From: a virus
IMG/VR virus record: IMGVR_UViG_3300017963_000033
Coordinates: 1 to 64,000 of that record
Direction: 5' to 3' (one strand)
Length of the DNA stretch: 64,000 nt
This document shows, piece after piece, positions 18,344 through 27,313 of this stretch (its first letter is position 1; each line of letters begins with the position of its first letter). The notes beneath the pieces are model-generated. The model was given only the letters and a program-made list of their open reading frames with translations. It had not been told where the DNA came from and searched no databases. The translations under genes were made by a program, and so were the position numbers.

Positions 18344-18735
18344 ACACAGACCGCCAACTGATCATAACCCTCGTCGCCCCTGAGCATTATCACATCCAGT
18401 GGGGAACCAAGGTGCGAACAGGGTTCACCTGGGACGAGATGCTGGGCGAGGTCGCCCATCTCACGTGCCCCCGCGATGGGGGGGGATGGCAAGAAAAGCT
18501 ATTCTGCTCCATGCGCCCCGAAGAGGTCTGCAAATGTGGGCGTAGGAAGAACCGCAGCGACGACCTGTGTGTGGACTGCCGGCTGATCGAACCAGCACCC
18601 GAGCAGAAACTGGGCACCTGCACCATCTGCCACCAACCCATCTACCAGACGATCATGGCAAACCTGTGGGCGCACAAGGATGCCAGCCTGAACCTGGACC
18701 ATGTGGCCGAGCCGGTAGAGGAGGATGGGGAATGA
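18340..18735 (+). CDS. Cys-rich hypothetical protein
   Basis: ATGA overlap. Confidence 0.65.
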   Translation: MNTDRQLIITLVAPEHYHIQWGTKVRTGFTWDEMLGEVAHLTCPRDGGGWQEKLFCSMRPEEVCKCGRRKNRSDDLCVDCRLIEPAPEQKLGTCTICHQPIYQTIMANLWAHKDASLNLDHVAEPVEEDGE

Positions 18736-18983
18736 GAGATTTCTTTTGGGAAGTTCTCCTCATCTTCCTCGTCGTCATAGGGACTGGGGTTGTCGTCGGC
18801 CTCATTGTGATTGATGACACACAATACGCCTTCGACATCGAGTGCTGCCAGGTAGAAACAGATACCTGCTACCACGAAACAGGCATCTACGGCTATGGCT
18901 TCCCCGACTGCCCAGACGGCTTTGAGTTCAAGCATGGGGAGTTGTGGACGGTCGATGAGTTCCTGGCTGGAGGGGGTGAATGA
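18732..18983 (+). CDS. Membrane-anchored hypothetical protein
   Basis: N-terminal TM; ATGA overlap. Confidence 0.6.
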   Translation: MRDFFWEVLLIFLVVIGTGVVVGLIVIDDTQYAFDIECCQVETDTCYHETGIYGYGFPDCPDGFEFKHGELWTVDEFLAGGGE

Positions 18984-19195
18984 TGGGCGCAAGAGAGTCC
19001 GAAATCCTGACCTTCATCAAGGGGTACATCGAGGAGCACGGCTTTGCCCCCACCATCCGGGAAATCTGTGATGCCACATGCTGCCGCTCTACCAGCACGG
19101 TGGCCTACAACCTGGATTCCCTGGAGCGGAGGGGGTTGATCACCAGGGAGCAGGGGAAGGCGAGGACGATTCGATTGGTAGGAAAGGAGGAGTGA
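18980..19195 (+). CDS. Stand-alone LexA DNA-binding domain protein
   Basis: EILTFIKGYIEEHGFAPTIREIC...STSTV...L..LERRGLI...KARTI; no peptidase domain. Confidence 0.85.
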   Translation: MMGARESEILTFIKGYIEEHGFAPTIREICDATCCRSTSTVAYNLDSLERRGLITREQGKARTIRLVGKEE

Positions 19196-19521
19196 TGGCA
19201 TCACCAGAGAAGCACGAAACCCATTGCCCAAATCCGCAATGCGCAGACATCGTAGCCAGCCATGGGGAACCGTATCACCGAGTTTATCCCTCGCATGATA
19301 AGGATTATGTGGCTCGGTGTGAACAATGCGGGGGGAGACTGACCCATGATGGCAAGTGGGTCTACATCTGTGTGACCTGCAACAAGGAGGTTGATGAACT
19401 GTTTGGCCTATTCGTCCCCCACAACTGCAAGGAGTGCCAGCAGAACTTGCTGGATGAGCAGCGGCGTTCGGGGAACATCTGTGGGATGTGCCGACAACCA
19501 CGGGCACTGTGCTGTTGCTGA
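19195..19521 (+). CDS. Multi-zinc-finger protein
   Basis: Five CxxC-type pairs; AAAGGAGG RBS. Confidence 0.7.
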   Translation: MASPEKHETHCPNPQCADIVASHGEPYHRVYPSHDKDYVARCEQCGGRLTHDGKWVYICVTCNKEVDELFGLFVPHNCKECQQNLLDEQRRSGNICGMCRQPRALCCC

Positions 19522-19536
19522 AATTGGCTTGACAAA

Positions 19537-20064
19537 ATGATCTGGACTATCTCGCACAGAGCCGACTCCGCAGCATTGCCAATCGCGGACAGGCATTACA
19601 ATCGCCAAAAGCCGGGAACGCCGCAATTTGTCCCGCCTGGGCGCTGCCTGGTCTTGCTGACAGACGACAGAACGGCGCTTTGGGTCACATCCTGGCCTTT
19701 TGCAAAATATGTTAAACACGCATGGCCAGGCGCTTGGATCAATTCGCTTTTTCGCAATGAGGGACAATATAAAGCCAGCGAACTAATCCGCAGCGCCGTC
19801 GCTGTTACTATAAGTTTTTGGCCCAATGTGCCAGAGTTGGGAATGATCACCTTCATTGATCCCCGACACGTCAAGCCAATCAAAAGGCGAGGCCACGACA
19901 CGTGGGGCTATACTTACCTCAAGGCAGGATTTGAGCCAGCCACCCCAGCGACAACTGCTGGCGGATTACTCGCTTTCCAGATGACGCCCGACCGAATGCC
20001 TAAACCAGCCCTGGCAATAGGTCAACAAATAAAATTGGGTCTTGACAGGTGCTGGAAACTGTGA
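19537..20064 (+). CDS. Putative Mom-like GNAT DNA-modification enzyme
   Basis: ADRHYNRQ...QFVPPG, SLFRNEG..ASELI, ITFID and GYTYLKAGF motifs recalled for Mom-like phage proteins. Confidence 0.55.
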   Translation: MIWTISHRADSAALPIADRHYNRQKPGTPQFVPPGRCLVLLTDDRTALWVTSWPFAKYVKHAWPGAWINSLFRNEGQYKASELIRSAVAVTISFWPNVPELGMITFIDPRHVKPIKRRGHDTWGYTYLKAGFEPATPATTAGGLLAFQMTPDRMPKPALAIGQQIKLGLDRCWKL

Positions 20065-20070
20065 TATACT
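20042..20070 (+). promoter_or_regulatory. Promoter of the replication operon
   Basis: TTGACA-17-TATACT with TG. Confidence 0.8.
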
Positions 20071-20083
20071 TGATATTGGATTC

Positions 20084-20250
20084 GTTGGGAGTGACGCCCC
20101 AACTTTTAACATAAGGCGACTGGCATAGAAGGCCCTTGTGGTTTCTCACATGGGCGGTTACGGAATCTACGTGCCGTAGGTGGCAGCGTCAACGTAGAAT
20201 TGTCCAGTCGCCGCCGTACCGTCCAGGTGAGAAGCACCAAGGGCTTTTTT
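20084..20250 (+). ncRNA. Structured leader RNA / attenuator (C4-like)
   Basis: Long hairpin 20129-20247 ending in a U-run; GGCGACTGG (20115) is complementary to CCAGTCGCC (20204). Confidence 0.55.
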
Positions 20251-20272
20251 ATTGACCTGAGAGGAGAAACAG

Positions 20273-20614
20273 ATGCCTAACATCGCGCTCTACCAAACAC
20301 AGGACATGATAAACGACTACCACGCCTCGCTGGCCGAGTTCAAAACCTGCCAGCGGCTGCTCACCCTCCTAGAGGCCGACGTGCGCTCCGAACAGGGACG
20401 CAACCCGGTCAGGGGGAGCATGGCCCGACAGGAGATGGCCAAGACTCGCAGACACATCCGCCACCTGCAAGAAAGGCTGTCTGGCAACGAACAAATCCTG
20501 CGGGCCATCCGCCGAGAGCTGGAGCGCCGGCAGGCTCCACAACTGGACGACCTGCCCGAGATCCCGCAGGTGGTCGAGATCCGATGGGGGTTCCGTGAGG
20601 GAAGAGATGGCTAA
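20273..20614 (+). CDS. Coiled-coil hypothetical protein
   Basis: GAGGAG RBS. Confidence 0.7.
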   Translation: MPNIALYQTQDMINDYHASLAEFKTCQRLLTLLEADVRSEQGRNPVRGSMARQEMAKTRRHIRHLQERLSGNEQILRAIRRELERRQAPQLDDLPEIPQVVEIRWGFREGRDG

Positions 20615-21089
20615 TAAACCCCTACTCTACCGTGTCGAACTTCCTGATGTCGAAGTAGAGGTCTTGGATACAGGTTTTGTCATCATCCCTGCCAGCAGGT
20701 TCAGAAGCCCATGGGAACAGCACAGCGTCTATACTGAGATTGCAAGGGAACTGGCCTACTTCCATGCTGAGGAGGGACCCTACACAATCAACATTGGCCT
20801 CATGGAATGCCAGGTCACCGTCCTCAACTACCTGGACCAGGAGGGCCATGGCATTGTTGTCTGGGAATACTACATCCCCCAGAATGACACCGCCCCCGAG
20901 CCCCAATACACCCTCATCGACCAGGAGGGCCGGCAGCCAGCCGCAGTCAACTATGACCCCATCTGCATCGCTCCCCCCAACAGCACCGTGTCTTTCCGCC
21001 GTGCCTCTGAGGACCCGAGGGACACGTGCCCTGTGGAGCATATCATGGTTTTGGGGATTGTGCTGATGCGGCCTGGGGAGGAAGCATGA
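20607..21089 (+). CDS. Hypothetical protein
   Basis: Overlapping operon gene. Confidence 0.65.
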   Translation: MANKPLLYRVELPDVEVEVLDTGFVIIPASRFRSPWEQHSVYTEIARELAYFHAEEGPYTINIGLMECQVTVLNYLDQEGHGIVVWEYYIPQNDTAPEPQYTLIDQEGRQPAAVNYDPICIAPPNSTVSFRRASEDPRDTCPVEHIMVLGIVLMRPGEEA

Positions 21090-21427
21090 TCTTCCTGCCG
21101 ATGGAGGAGATGACGCGAAAGGCTATTCTGTTGGAAATGTATCGCCAGGGTACAATGCTGGTAATAGATACAGAACACTTTCATGCTTCCTCTGAGGAAT
21201 ATGAGCGGCACCATACCAAGCTACAACACCTACTGATAGGCACCTTTGAGCGCAAACAAAAGGCTATCGAGGAACACTGGAAACGGTGGGAAGATACTGG
21301 GCTGTCTGGATTCAGGCTTGAAGATGATGCCCTGATCTATGAGGATACTTGGTGGGTGCGACTGGCTGAGGATCTGAGATTACTTTTGGATGATATGGAA
21401 CTGACACAGAAAGGAGACCAACTATGA
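21086..21427 (+). CDS. Hypothetical protein
   Basis: ATGA overlap. Confidence 0.6.
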   Translation: MIFLPMEEMTRKAILLEMYRQGTMLVIDTEHFHASSEEYERHHTKLQHLLIGTFERKQKAIEEHWKRWEDTGLSGFRLEDDALIYEDTWWVRLAEDLRLLLDDMELTQKGDQL

Positions 21428-21443
21428 AACAGGGAGGCTTTCT

Positions 21444-22271
21444 GTGAGTACACAATCTGAGGAATTCGCTTTCCGCAACCCGGTCAAGCAAGTCGGCTTT
21501 GCCCAGCTTGAACACGTCATCGCTTTAGATCACGAACTGAGTGATGGGGCCTATCGCACCCTGGCCCTCTACATGAAGTATGCCCAGCAAAAGGACACAT
21601 GCTTTCCGGGTATCGAGCGCATAGCAAAGGACAGGGGGAAGAACGTAAGCACCATCTCCCGACACAATGCAGAACTTGAAGCCCTGGGTTACATCACCCG
21701 CCAGCGCAGGACAGGCACAACCACATTGACCTACATCGAGGACGTATATGAGATCCCCCGCCTCAAGGCTGTTGCCACCGATGAATTGTCACATCGCAAT
21801 AATGATAGGTGTAAAGTTGCAATAACGCAATCTGTAACGTTGCAAAAATGCGATGTAGAAGAAGAACAAGGGGAAGGAGAACAAGGGGAAGAATATACTA
21901 TGGTGCCTACGGCACCGGATTCTCCATCTCCTGCTATTGAATCCCCTAGAACTTTTCAGGACTGGGAACAGTTTTTGCTGGAGGCTCCCAACAAACCGGC
22001 TGCACTCCGCATCATGGCCGTGTCCCTTTATGGTGCCGGCAAGGTGCCAGAAGATAACTATGGCATGATTGGACGGGCCTTGAAAAAACATGATCTGCAC
22101 TACATGGCCGGCCTGTTATGGCAGTGGAGTGCTCGGCCTCCCAATGGGGACCCATTCAAGTATGTCATAGGAATTATGAATGCCAAAAACGGAAACAGAC
22201 GACACACCGTCCCAGTAGACCGCAAACGAGAGGAGGAAGAATTTGACTACGCAAACAGCCAGCAGTGGTGA
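21444..22271 (+). CDS. Phage replication initiator (HTH_36-like)
   Basis: LSDGAYR...CFPGIERIA...STISR...LEALGYI; precedes a DnaC-like ATPase. Confidence 0.8.
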   Translation: MSTQSEEFAFRNPVKQVGFAQLEHVIALDHELSDGAYRTLALYMKYAQQKDTCFPGIERIAKDRGKNVSTISRHNAELEALGYITRQRRTGTTTLTYIEDVYEIPRLKAVATDELSHRNNDRCKVAITQSVTLQKCDVEEEQGEGEQGEEYTMVPTAPDSPSPAIESPRTFQDWEQFLLEAPNKPAALRIMAVSLYGAGKVPEDNYGMIGRALKKHDLHYMAGLLWQWSARPPNGDPFKYVIGIMNAKNGNRRHTVPVDRKREEEEFDYANSQQW

Positions 22272-23184
22272 CAGTCATAGCACAACAACAAAACGCCGCG
22301 TATTGAATGAGAGGAGTTTTGTAACGCTCCAACGCGCCTGGATGGATGTCCGGTGCCCAGCCTGTCGGGATACAGGGCACGTTGCCCTGTACCCAATCCA
22401 GGACAAAATGGGCCTCCTGGCCTGGTCCCTCGCCCGCATCCCTTCCGACAAGATTCCCTGGTGCAACCACTGTGAGGCGGGACCCCGAGAACGGGCCAAA
22501 TATGAGGATGCGGTTGGAGGCTATAGGCAATCCGATCTCCTGCGCAACTTTGAGCAGGCCCAGGTGCCAGAGCGGTTTCATGGCCTCGGCCTGGACACCA
22601 TCCAGATGATGCACCGAAAGGGCAAAGAGATGGCCCTGGCCGCTGCCGCCATGTTCCTGGATCTCGGTTATGCCATACCAGAGATGGTGTGTGAGTACGA
22701 CAAATCCATACAGGCACATGGTAAAAACCGCAGGGATGGCCTTGCCTTCATCGGCAAGCCAGGCGTGGGCAAGACGGGCATCCTCTCGGTAGTTTTCCAG
22801 GAGATGGTACAGCAAGGGACCCAGGGCCTGTGGGTAGAACTCTATGACTTTTTTGCCTCCATCCAGGGGCAATATGGAAAAGATGGCGGCCTGGCCCACG
22901 AACGCATGGAGGCAGCCCAAAAGGTAGAACTCCTGTTCCTGGATGATTGCGGAGACCCTGACCGGAGGGATACCAACCGGGATTTGCTGCCAGAGACAGA
23001 TGACAAGCGCCGAATTCTATGGCAGGTGCTGGACCATCGGCATGGCAAACATCTGCCAACCCTCATCACCAGCAACCTGGACCGCTCAGGGCTGGAAACA
23101 CAATGGGGCACCCGTCTGGCTGCCCGCCTGTGGGAACTCTGCTGGGTGGTGCCCGTGGGCGGCGTTGATTTGAGGGGCATCTGA
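22243..23184 (+). CDS. DnaC/IstB-like AAA+ helicase loader
   Basis: Zinc finger, Walker A GKPGVGKT, Walker B LFLDD, TLITSN. Confidence 0.9.
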   Translation: MTTQTASSGDSHSTTTKRRVLNERSFVTLQRAWMDVRCPACRDTGHVALYPIQDKMGLLAWSLARIPSDKIPWCNHCEAGPRERAKYEDAVGGYRQSDLLRNFEQAQVPERFHGLGLDTIQMMHRKGKEMALAAAAMFLDLGYAIPEMVCEYDKSIQAHGKNRRDGLAFIGKPGVGKTGILSVVFQEMVQQGTQGLWVELYDFFASIQGQYGKDGGLAHERMEAAQKVELLFLDDCGDPDRRDTNRDLLPETDDKRRILWQVLDHRHGKHLPTLITSNLDRSGLETQWGTRLAARLWELCWVVPVGGVDLRGI

Positions 23185-23450
23185 TGAACCACGTCCACCG
23201 TGTCTTTCCCTATCGCCATGAACTCGGAGGCCAGGGCGTTCTCTGCACCACCGAGCAAGCCTTTGCTGAGTTTGTCCAGCAGGTCATGCTTACCCTCAAG
23301 GTGAGAGCCCATCACCATCCTGGCACTTTGATGGGCAAAGCCTATAGGGTCAAGATTCCCGGCACTGGAAACTATATCCTGGTCTGCACGTTTGAGACCA
23401 ATGAGCAGCACTACAGCGCGGATAGGGTGTCGCTGTTTTGCATGAATTGA
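23184..23450 (+). CDS. Hypothetical protein
   Basis: TGATG coupling. Confidence 0.6.
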   Translation: MNHVHRVFPYRHELGGQGVLCTTEQAFAEFVQQVMLTLKVRAHHHPGTLMGKAYRVKIPGTGNYILVCTFETNEQHYSADRVSLFCMN

Positions 23451-23474
23451 TGAAAAGGATGAAGGTGACGACCA

Positions 23475-23720
23475 ATGGAGGTCTTGCCCAGTTATGACGC
23501 TGGCCAGAAAGGAGACCTCTTGCAAGCGCAGGAATTGCTGGCAGAGATGTCGAGAATGGCAACCCAGGTGAGTGCCCTCCTCGGGCGCAACCTGACCGTC
23601 AAGGGAGTCAACGGGACAAGCCAGGTAGAGATGGATGCTATCTACCAGGCCCATTGCCTGGTGCCCACCGGGGCCATCATGCGAACTAGCCAGTGGGTCA
23701 GGGAGGCGATTCGCCAATGA
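23475..23720 (+). CDS. Hypothetical protein
   Basis: Operon position. Confidence 0.55.
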   Translation: MEVLPSYDAGQKGDLLQAQELLAEMSRMATQVSALLGRNLTVKGVNGTSQVEMDAIYQAHCLVPTGAIMRTSQWVREAIRQ

Positions 23721-24214
23721 TCCTCCTTGCCCTGGACCCCAGCCTCTCGGCCATCGGCTGGTGCGTGATGGACACTGACTTGCGGGACCACGAGTGCATC
23801 ACCGCCGCAGGGGTATTCAAGCCCAGCGGAGACTCCCTAGACCTGAAACTGACCTCGGCATCCAAGTGGTTGGACAGTCTTGCAGAGCAGTATCGCCCAG
23901 AAACGATAGCCCTGGAGGTCCCCGTGGTGGCCAAGAATATCCGAACCACCATCAAGCTGGCTCAATTGTCTGGAGCCCTACGCTTGACGGCGTTTCAGTG
24001 GACAGAGAGGACCATTGAGGTCTACCCCGGTGGCCGGCTGGCAGGGCTGGGGTTGCCTATCAAGACAAAAAGGGACGATGCCAAGCGCCTGGTCACAGGT
24101 CATGTCAACAGCATCTATGGCCTGGACCTTGACCCGAAAAGAGAGCACGACATCGCAGACGCGGTTGCCGTGGCCCATGCGGCGTGGTCGATGCTGCGGC
24201 AGGAATGGTTCTGA
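23717..24214 (+). CDS. ruvC: RuvC-like Holliday junction resolvase
   Basis: LLALDPSLSAIGW, IALE and HDIADAVAVA catalytic acidic residues. Confidence 0.85.
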   Translation: MILLALDPSLSAIGWCVMDTDLRDHECITAAGVFKPSGDSLDLKLTSASKWLDSLAEQYRPETIALEVPVVAKNIRTTIKLAQLSGALRLTAFQWTERTIEVYPGGRLAGLGLPIKTKRDDAKRLVTGHVNSIYGLDLDPKREHDIADAVAVAHAAWSMLRQEWF

Positions 24215-24255
24215 TAATGGTGATATTCGGGAACAACGCAGGAGGTTAAGGTGAC

Positions 24256-24726
24256 GTGAGGGCACTGACACTATGGCAACCGTGGGCGACACTAGTCGCC
24301 ATTGGTGCAAAGAGAATTGAAACACGATCATGGACTACAAGCTACCGAGGGCCGTTGGCGATCCATGCCGCCATGAGCACGAGGGGGCATGAGGCATATT
24401 GGCGCGAACCTTTCTTTGCTGAACTAAGGGTTTACCATTACAATAGGCCACACGAATTACCCCACGGTAGGATCATAGCAGTTTGCGAACTGACCGACAT
24501 CCTTCCGACTGAGGATGTCCGAGGAATCATTGAGAACCGAGAATTGGCATTCGGTGACTATGGGGACGGACGTTATGCCTGGAGATTAGAAAATATCCAT
24601 AGGTTGCCGATTGAAATGCCAGCGCGGGGATACCAAGGTCTGTGGCAGTGGGATTATTCTGGCGAGACAGCCGCAATTCAGAGGATGATTTATACATCCA
24701 TGGACAACCAGAAAGGAGACACATAA
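24256..24726 (+). CDS. ASCH domain protein
   Basis: ALTLWQPWATLV..G.KRIETRSW...YRGPLAIHA. Confidence 0.9.
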   Translation: MRALTLWQPWATLVAIGAKRIETRSWTTSYRGPLAIHAAMSTRGHEAYWREPFFAELRVYHYNRPHELPHGRIIAVCELTDILPTEDVRGIIENRELAFGDYGDGRYAWRLENIHRLPIEMPARGYQGLWQWDYSGETAAIQRMIYTSMDNQKGDT

Positions 24727-25475
24727 TGCCGACAACGCTTTACAATGGAGACATCGAACTGGACTTTGACGCGAGGAAACACACCTACACCCTAAACGGG
24801 ATCAAGGTGCCCAGTGTCACAAAAATCACAGGAGTCCTTGACAAGCCCGCCCTCCAACATTGGGCGGTGAACACGACCCTGGACCATCTCAGGGACACCC
24901 TCCAGGCAGACACCCCATACACGGCTGAACAGATCCAGGGCATCCTCGATGATGCCAAGGGAGCCAGGTGGCGGCAGTCCAGGGAGGCGCTGAACATCGG
25001 CGGGGATGCCCACGATTGGATTGAACGCTACGTCAAGGCCAAACTCCTGAACATCTCAGGGGCCGAGATGCCCACCTATCCCCCTACCCTGGCAGCCGTC
25101 AAATCCTTTCTGGCATGGGAACAGGAGCACGAGGTCCACTGGGTTGCCTCCGAGCGCAAGGTCTATTCCAGGCTGCACAACTATTGCGGCACCCTCGATG
25201 CCCTGGCCGTGCTGAATGGGGTCCTGACCGTAATTGACTTCAAGACATCGTCTGGGATCTATCCAGAGATGTACTTGCAGGTCGTCGCCTACGCCCAGGC
25301 GGTAGGCGAGGAGGACGGCATCACCATCGGGGACGTGGCTATCGTGCGCATCCCCAAGGATGGGGAGATGGTAGAGGTTGCCATGTCGGCTGACAGCGGT
25401 CAGACGATGATGCAACTGTTCACTACGTTCCTGCACTGCCTGGGGATCTACCAGTGGAAGGAGGCAACCAAATGA
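24726..25475 (+). CDS. PD-(D/E)XK exonuclease
   Basis: PSVTKI, G...H, SE..V, GTLD, IDFKT and LQVVAY motifs. Confidence 0.85.
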   Translation: MPTTLYNGDIELDFDARKHTYTLNGIKVPSVTKITGVLDKPALQHWAVNTTLDHLRDTLQADTPYTAEQIQGILDDAKGARWRQSREALNIGGDAHDWIERYVKAKLLNISGAEMPTYPPTLAAVKSFLAWEQEHEVHWVASERKVYSRLHNYCGTLDALAVLNGVLTVIDFKTSSGIYPEMYLQVVAYAQAVGEEDGITIGDVAIVRIPKDGEMVEVAMSADSGQTMMQLFTTFLHCLGIYQWKEATK

Positions 25476-25639
25476 CTGTATCAAAGGTACTCATTATTTT
25501 ATGTTCCTTTTTCCTAGCCTATACAGTCAAAATATTACTTTTTCCTAACGATTCTGAAAGATATAAACAGGCTGTTGGCTTGCTATCTATATCTACAATC
25601 TTGGCACTGGTTGCCTATTTTGTCCAAGTGGCGGTATGA
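25472..25639 (+). CDS. Small two-TM protein (moron)
   Basis: Very AT-rich; RBS lies within the repeat. Confidence 0.6.
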   Translation: MTVSKVLIILCSFFLAYTVKILLFPNDSERYKQAVGLLSISTILALVAYFVQVAV

Positions 25640-25643
25640 TCAA

Positions 25644-25940
25644 ATGTCCACACTACTCGACATCGGCAGCACATTCGACTGGATCACGCCGCTCATAGCA
25701 ATGATTCGGGATGTGGTAGACGGGCCGTCTCACACCTTCATTATCCCCTATGATTGTGGATGGAGCGGAAGAGAGATTGTTCGATTACTCAAGAGACGGG
25801 GTGTTAGCAGTTGGGGACACATGATTGTCAATCAGCAGTTTATGATCACAGTGCGACAACAGCAAGCACAATGGGCTTATCATATCCTGACACGGGCAGG
25901 GATTTCCGTAGAGTATAGAGTCACTGACAATACGGGATAG
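25644..25940 (+). CDS. Hypothetical protein (moron)
   Basis: Lies between the direct repeats. Confidence 0.6.
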   Translation: MSTLLDIGSTFDWITPLIAMIRDVVDGPSHTFIIPYDCGWSGREIVRLLKRRGVSSWGHMIVNQQFMITVRQQQAQWAYHILTRAGISVEYRVTDNTG

Positions 25941-25996
25941 ATTGATCCCCTGCATTGTCTGGGGATCTACTAGTGGAAGGAGGCAACTAGTAGACT

Positions 25997-26620
25997 ATGA
26001 TTTTATTGACCCACCTATCGTCGCCAACTTATAGAATCCTAGCCACCATGCTACCAAATCATTTTGGTAGCCTCATTCAGCCCAGATCGTATACTCACAA
26101 AGCGGCGATTGTCGAGGGCTGCTGGCGGGCAGCGGACAATGACGCATATAATAAATTCAACGCCGAGAGATTCCAAACTATGTTGAAGGTTCACCGGCCC
26201 TATTTGTCCCGATGCCTCTTTGTAGTTGCCCCAGATTCAGTAGGGGATCACGAGGCAACGCTGGCATTCTGGCACAATTGGAAGCGGACAATAAGCTACG
26301 CAGGATACCCTGCCGCCTTCGTGGCACAGGATGGATGCACAATCAAAGACGTTCCCTGGTCCGAGGCAGATGCTCTTTTTATCGGAGGACATGATCAATT
26401 CAAAGACAGTGATGCCATGCCCATTATCCGAGAGGCCAAGCGGCGGGGGCTGTGGGTGCATGTTGGCCGGGTAAACGATAGCCCGCGCCGTCTGCGTTAC
26501 TGCCTAGAATTGTCCGTCGATTCAATCGACGGGACGGCATACGCGCAGAAACCAGACAAGATGCTGCGCTGGTATTTGAATCAGCGGGCGACATACGCAA
26601 GCCAAGGGAGGTTATTGTGA
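25997..26620 (+). CDS. dpdA: TGT-fold DNA 7-deazaguanine transglycosylase (DpdA-like)
   Basis: ADNDAY, PDSVGD, AFVAQDG, FIGG, VHVGRVN and DSIDGT motifs; adjacent to YhhQ. Confidence 0.7.
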   Translation: MILLTHLSSPTYRILATMLPNHFGSLIQPRSYTHKAAIVEGCWRAADNDAYNKFNAERFQTMLKVHRPYLSRCLFVVAPDSVGDHEATLAFWHNWKRTISYAGYPAAFVAQDGCTIKDVPWSEADALFIGGHDQFKDSDAMPIIREAKRRGLWVHVGRVNDSPRRLRYCLELSVDSIDGTAYAQKPDKMLRWYLNQRATYASQGRLL

Positions 26621-27126
26621 TCTATATAATTTTGTACCTCGTCGCCATCGTCTTTGCCAACCTGGCCGTTGCTTGGTTCGGGCCTGGCGTGTCGGTGGTC
26701 AATGCATTCCTATTCATCGGCCTGGACCTGACTGCCCGCGACAAACTGCATGATGCCTGGCACAAGCGCGGCCTCGTGTGGAAGATGACTGCACTGATCG
26801 CCACCGGCTCGCTGCTGTCCTGGGCGCTGAACCGCAACGCCGGGCCGGTTGCGTTGGCCTCGTTTGTCGCGTTCGCTGGGGCTGGCCTGGTGGATGCCAT
26901 TGTCTACCACTTGCTGGGCGACCGGGCAAAGCTGCTCAAGATCAATGGCAGCAACGTGGCAAGCGCGGCGGTGGATAGCGTGATCTTCCCCGCGCTGGCG
27001 TTCGGATTCCCGCTGATGGTTGGCGTGATGCTGGGCCAGTTTGTCGCCAAGGTCGGCGGTGGCTTCCTCTGGTCGCTAGTGCTGAACTGGCGACCACAGC
27101 GCAAAGTCAAGGGGGAGGCGCAATAA
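26617..27126 (+). CDS. yhhQ: VUT-family preQ0/preQ1 transporter
   Basis: AIVFANL, FIGLDLTARD, ALASFVAF, SNVASAAVDSVIF, GQFVAK. Confidence 0.8.
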   Translation: MIYIILYLVAIVFANLAVAWFGPGVSVVNAFLFIGLDLTARDKLHDAWHKRGLVWKMTALIATGSLLSWALNRNAGPVALASFVAFAGAGLVDAIVYHLLGDRAKLLKINGSNVASAAVDSVIFPALAFGFPLMVGVMLGQFVAKVGGGFLWSLVLNWRPQRKVKGEAQ

Positions 27127-27202
27127 ACTGCCCAGCCTACTATCTCCACCAGCCACTTCTGAGGAAAGAAAAAAGGTCAAGTACAAGTTTGGGCGGCTGT
27201 GT

Positions 27203-27276
27203 TCATCACTTACAGGACTTGAACCTGTAACCAAACGTTCCTGATACGTTCGCGCTGCCAATTGCGCTAAAGTGTG
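27203..27276 (-). tRNA. Atypical tRNA-like gene, anticodon CAG, short variable arm
   Basis: D arm GCGC-AATTGGCA-GCGC; anticodon arm AACGT-ATCAGGA-ACGTT; T arm ACAGG-TTCAAGT-CCTGT; bulged acceptor stem; no CCA. Confidence 0.65.
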
Positions 27277-27313
27277 TAAGCCACCACCAGGTTAGGGTAC
27301 TCGACCCGCAAGA

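Larger units (their letters stand above)
25430..25987 (+). repeat. 39-bp direct repeats (25430-25468 / 25949-25987) flanking two AT-rich genes
   Basis: CCTGCAYTGYCTGGGGATCTACYAGTGGAAGGAGGCAAC, with three C/T differences. Confidence 0.9.

Noticed and set aside
24726-25475. Cas4
   Set aside because: It lacks the Fe-S cysteine cluster and any CRISPR context, so it is an ordinary phage PD-(D/E)XK nuclease.
27241-27245. TCA (opal/Sec) anticodon reading of the tRNA-like gene
   Set aside because: The 7-nt loop places U33 before CAG, there is no long Sec variable arm, and TGA is used as a normal stop throughout.
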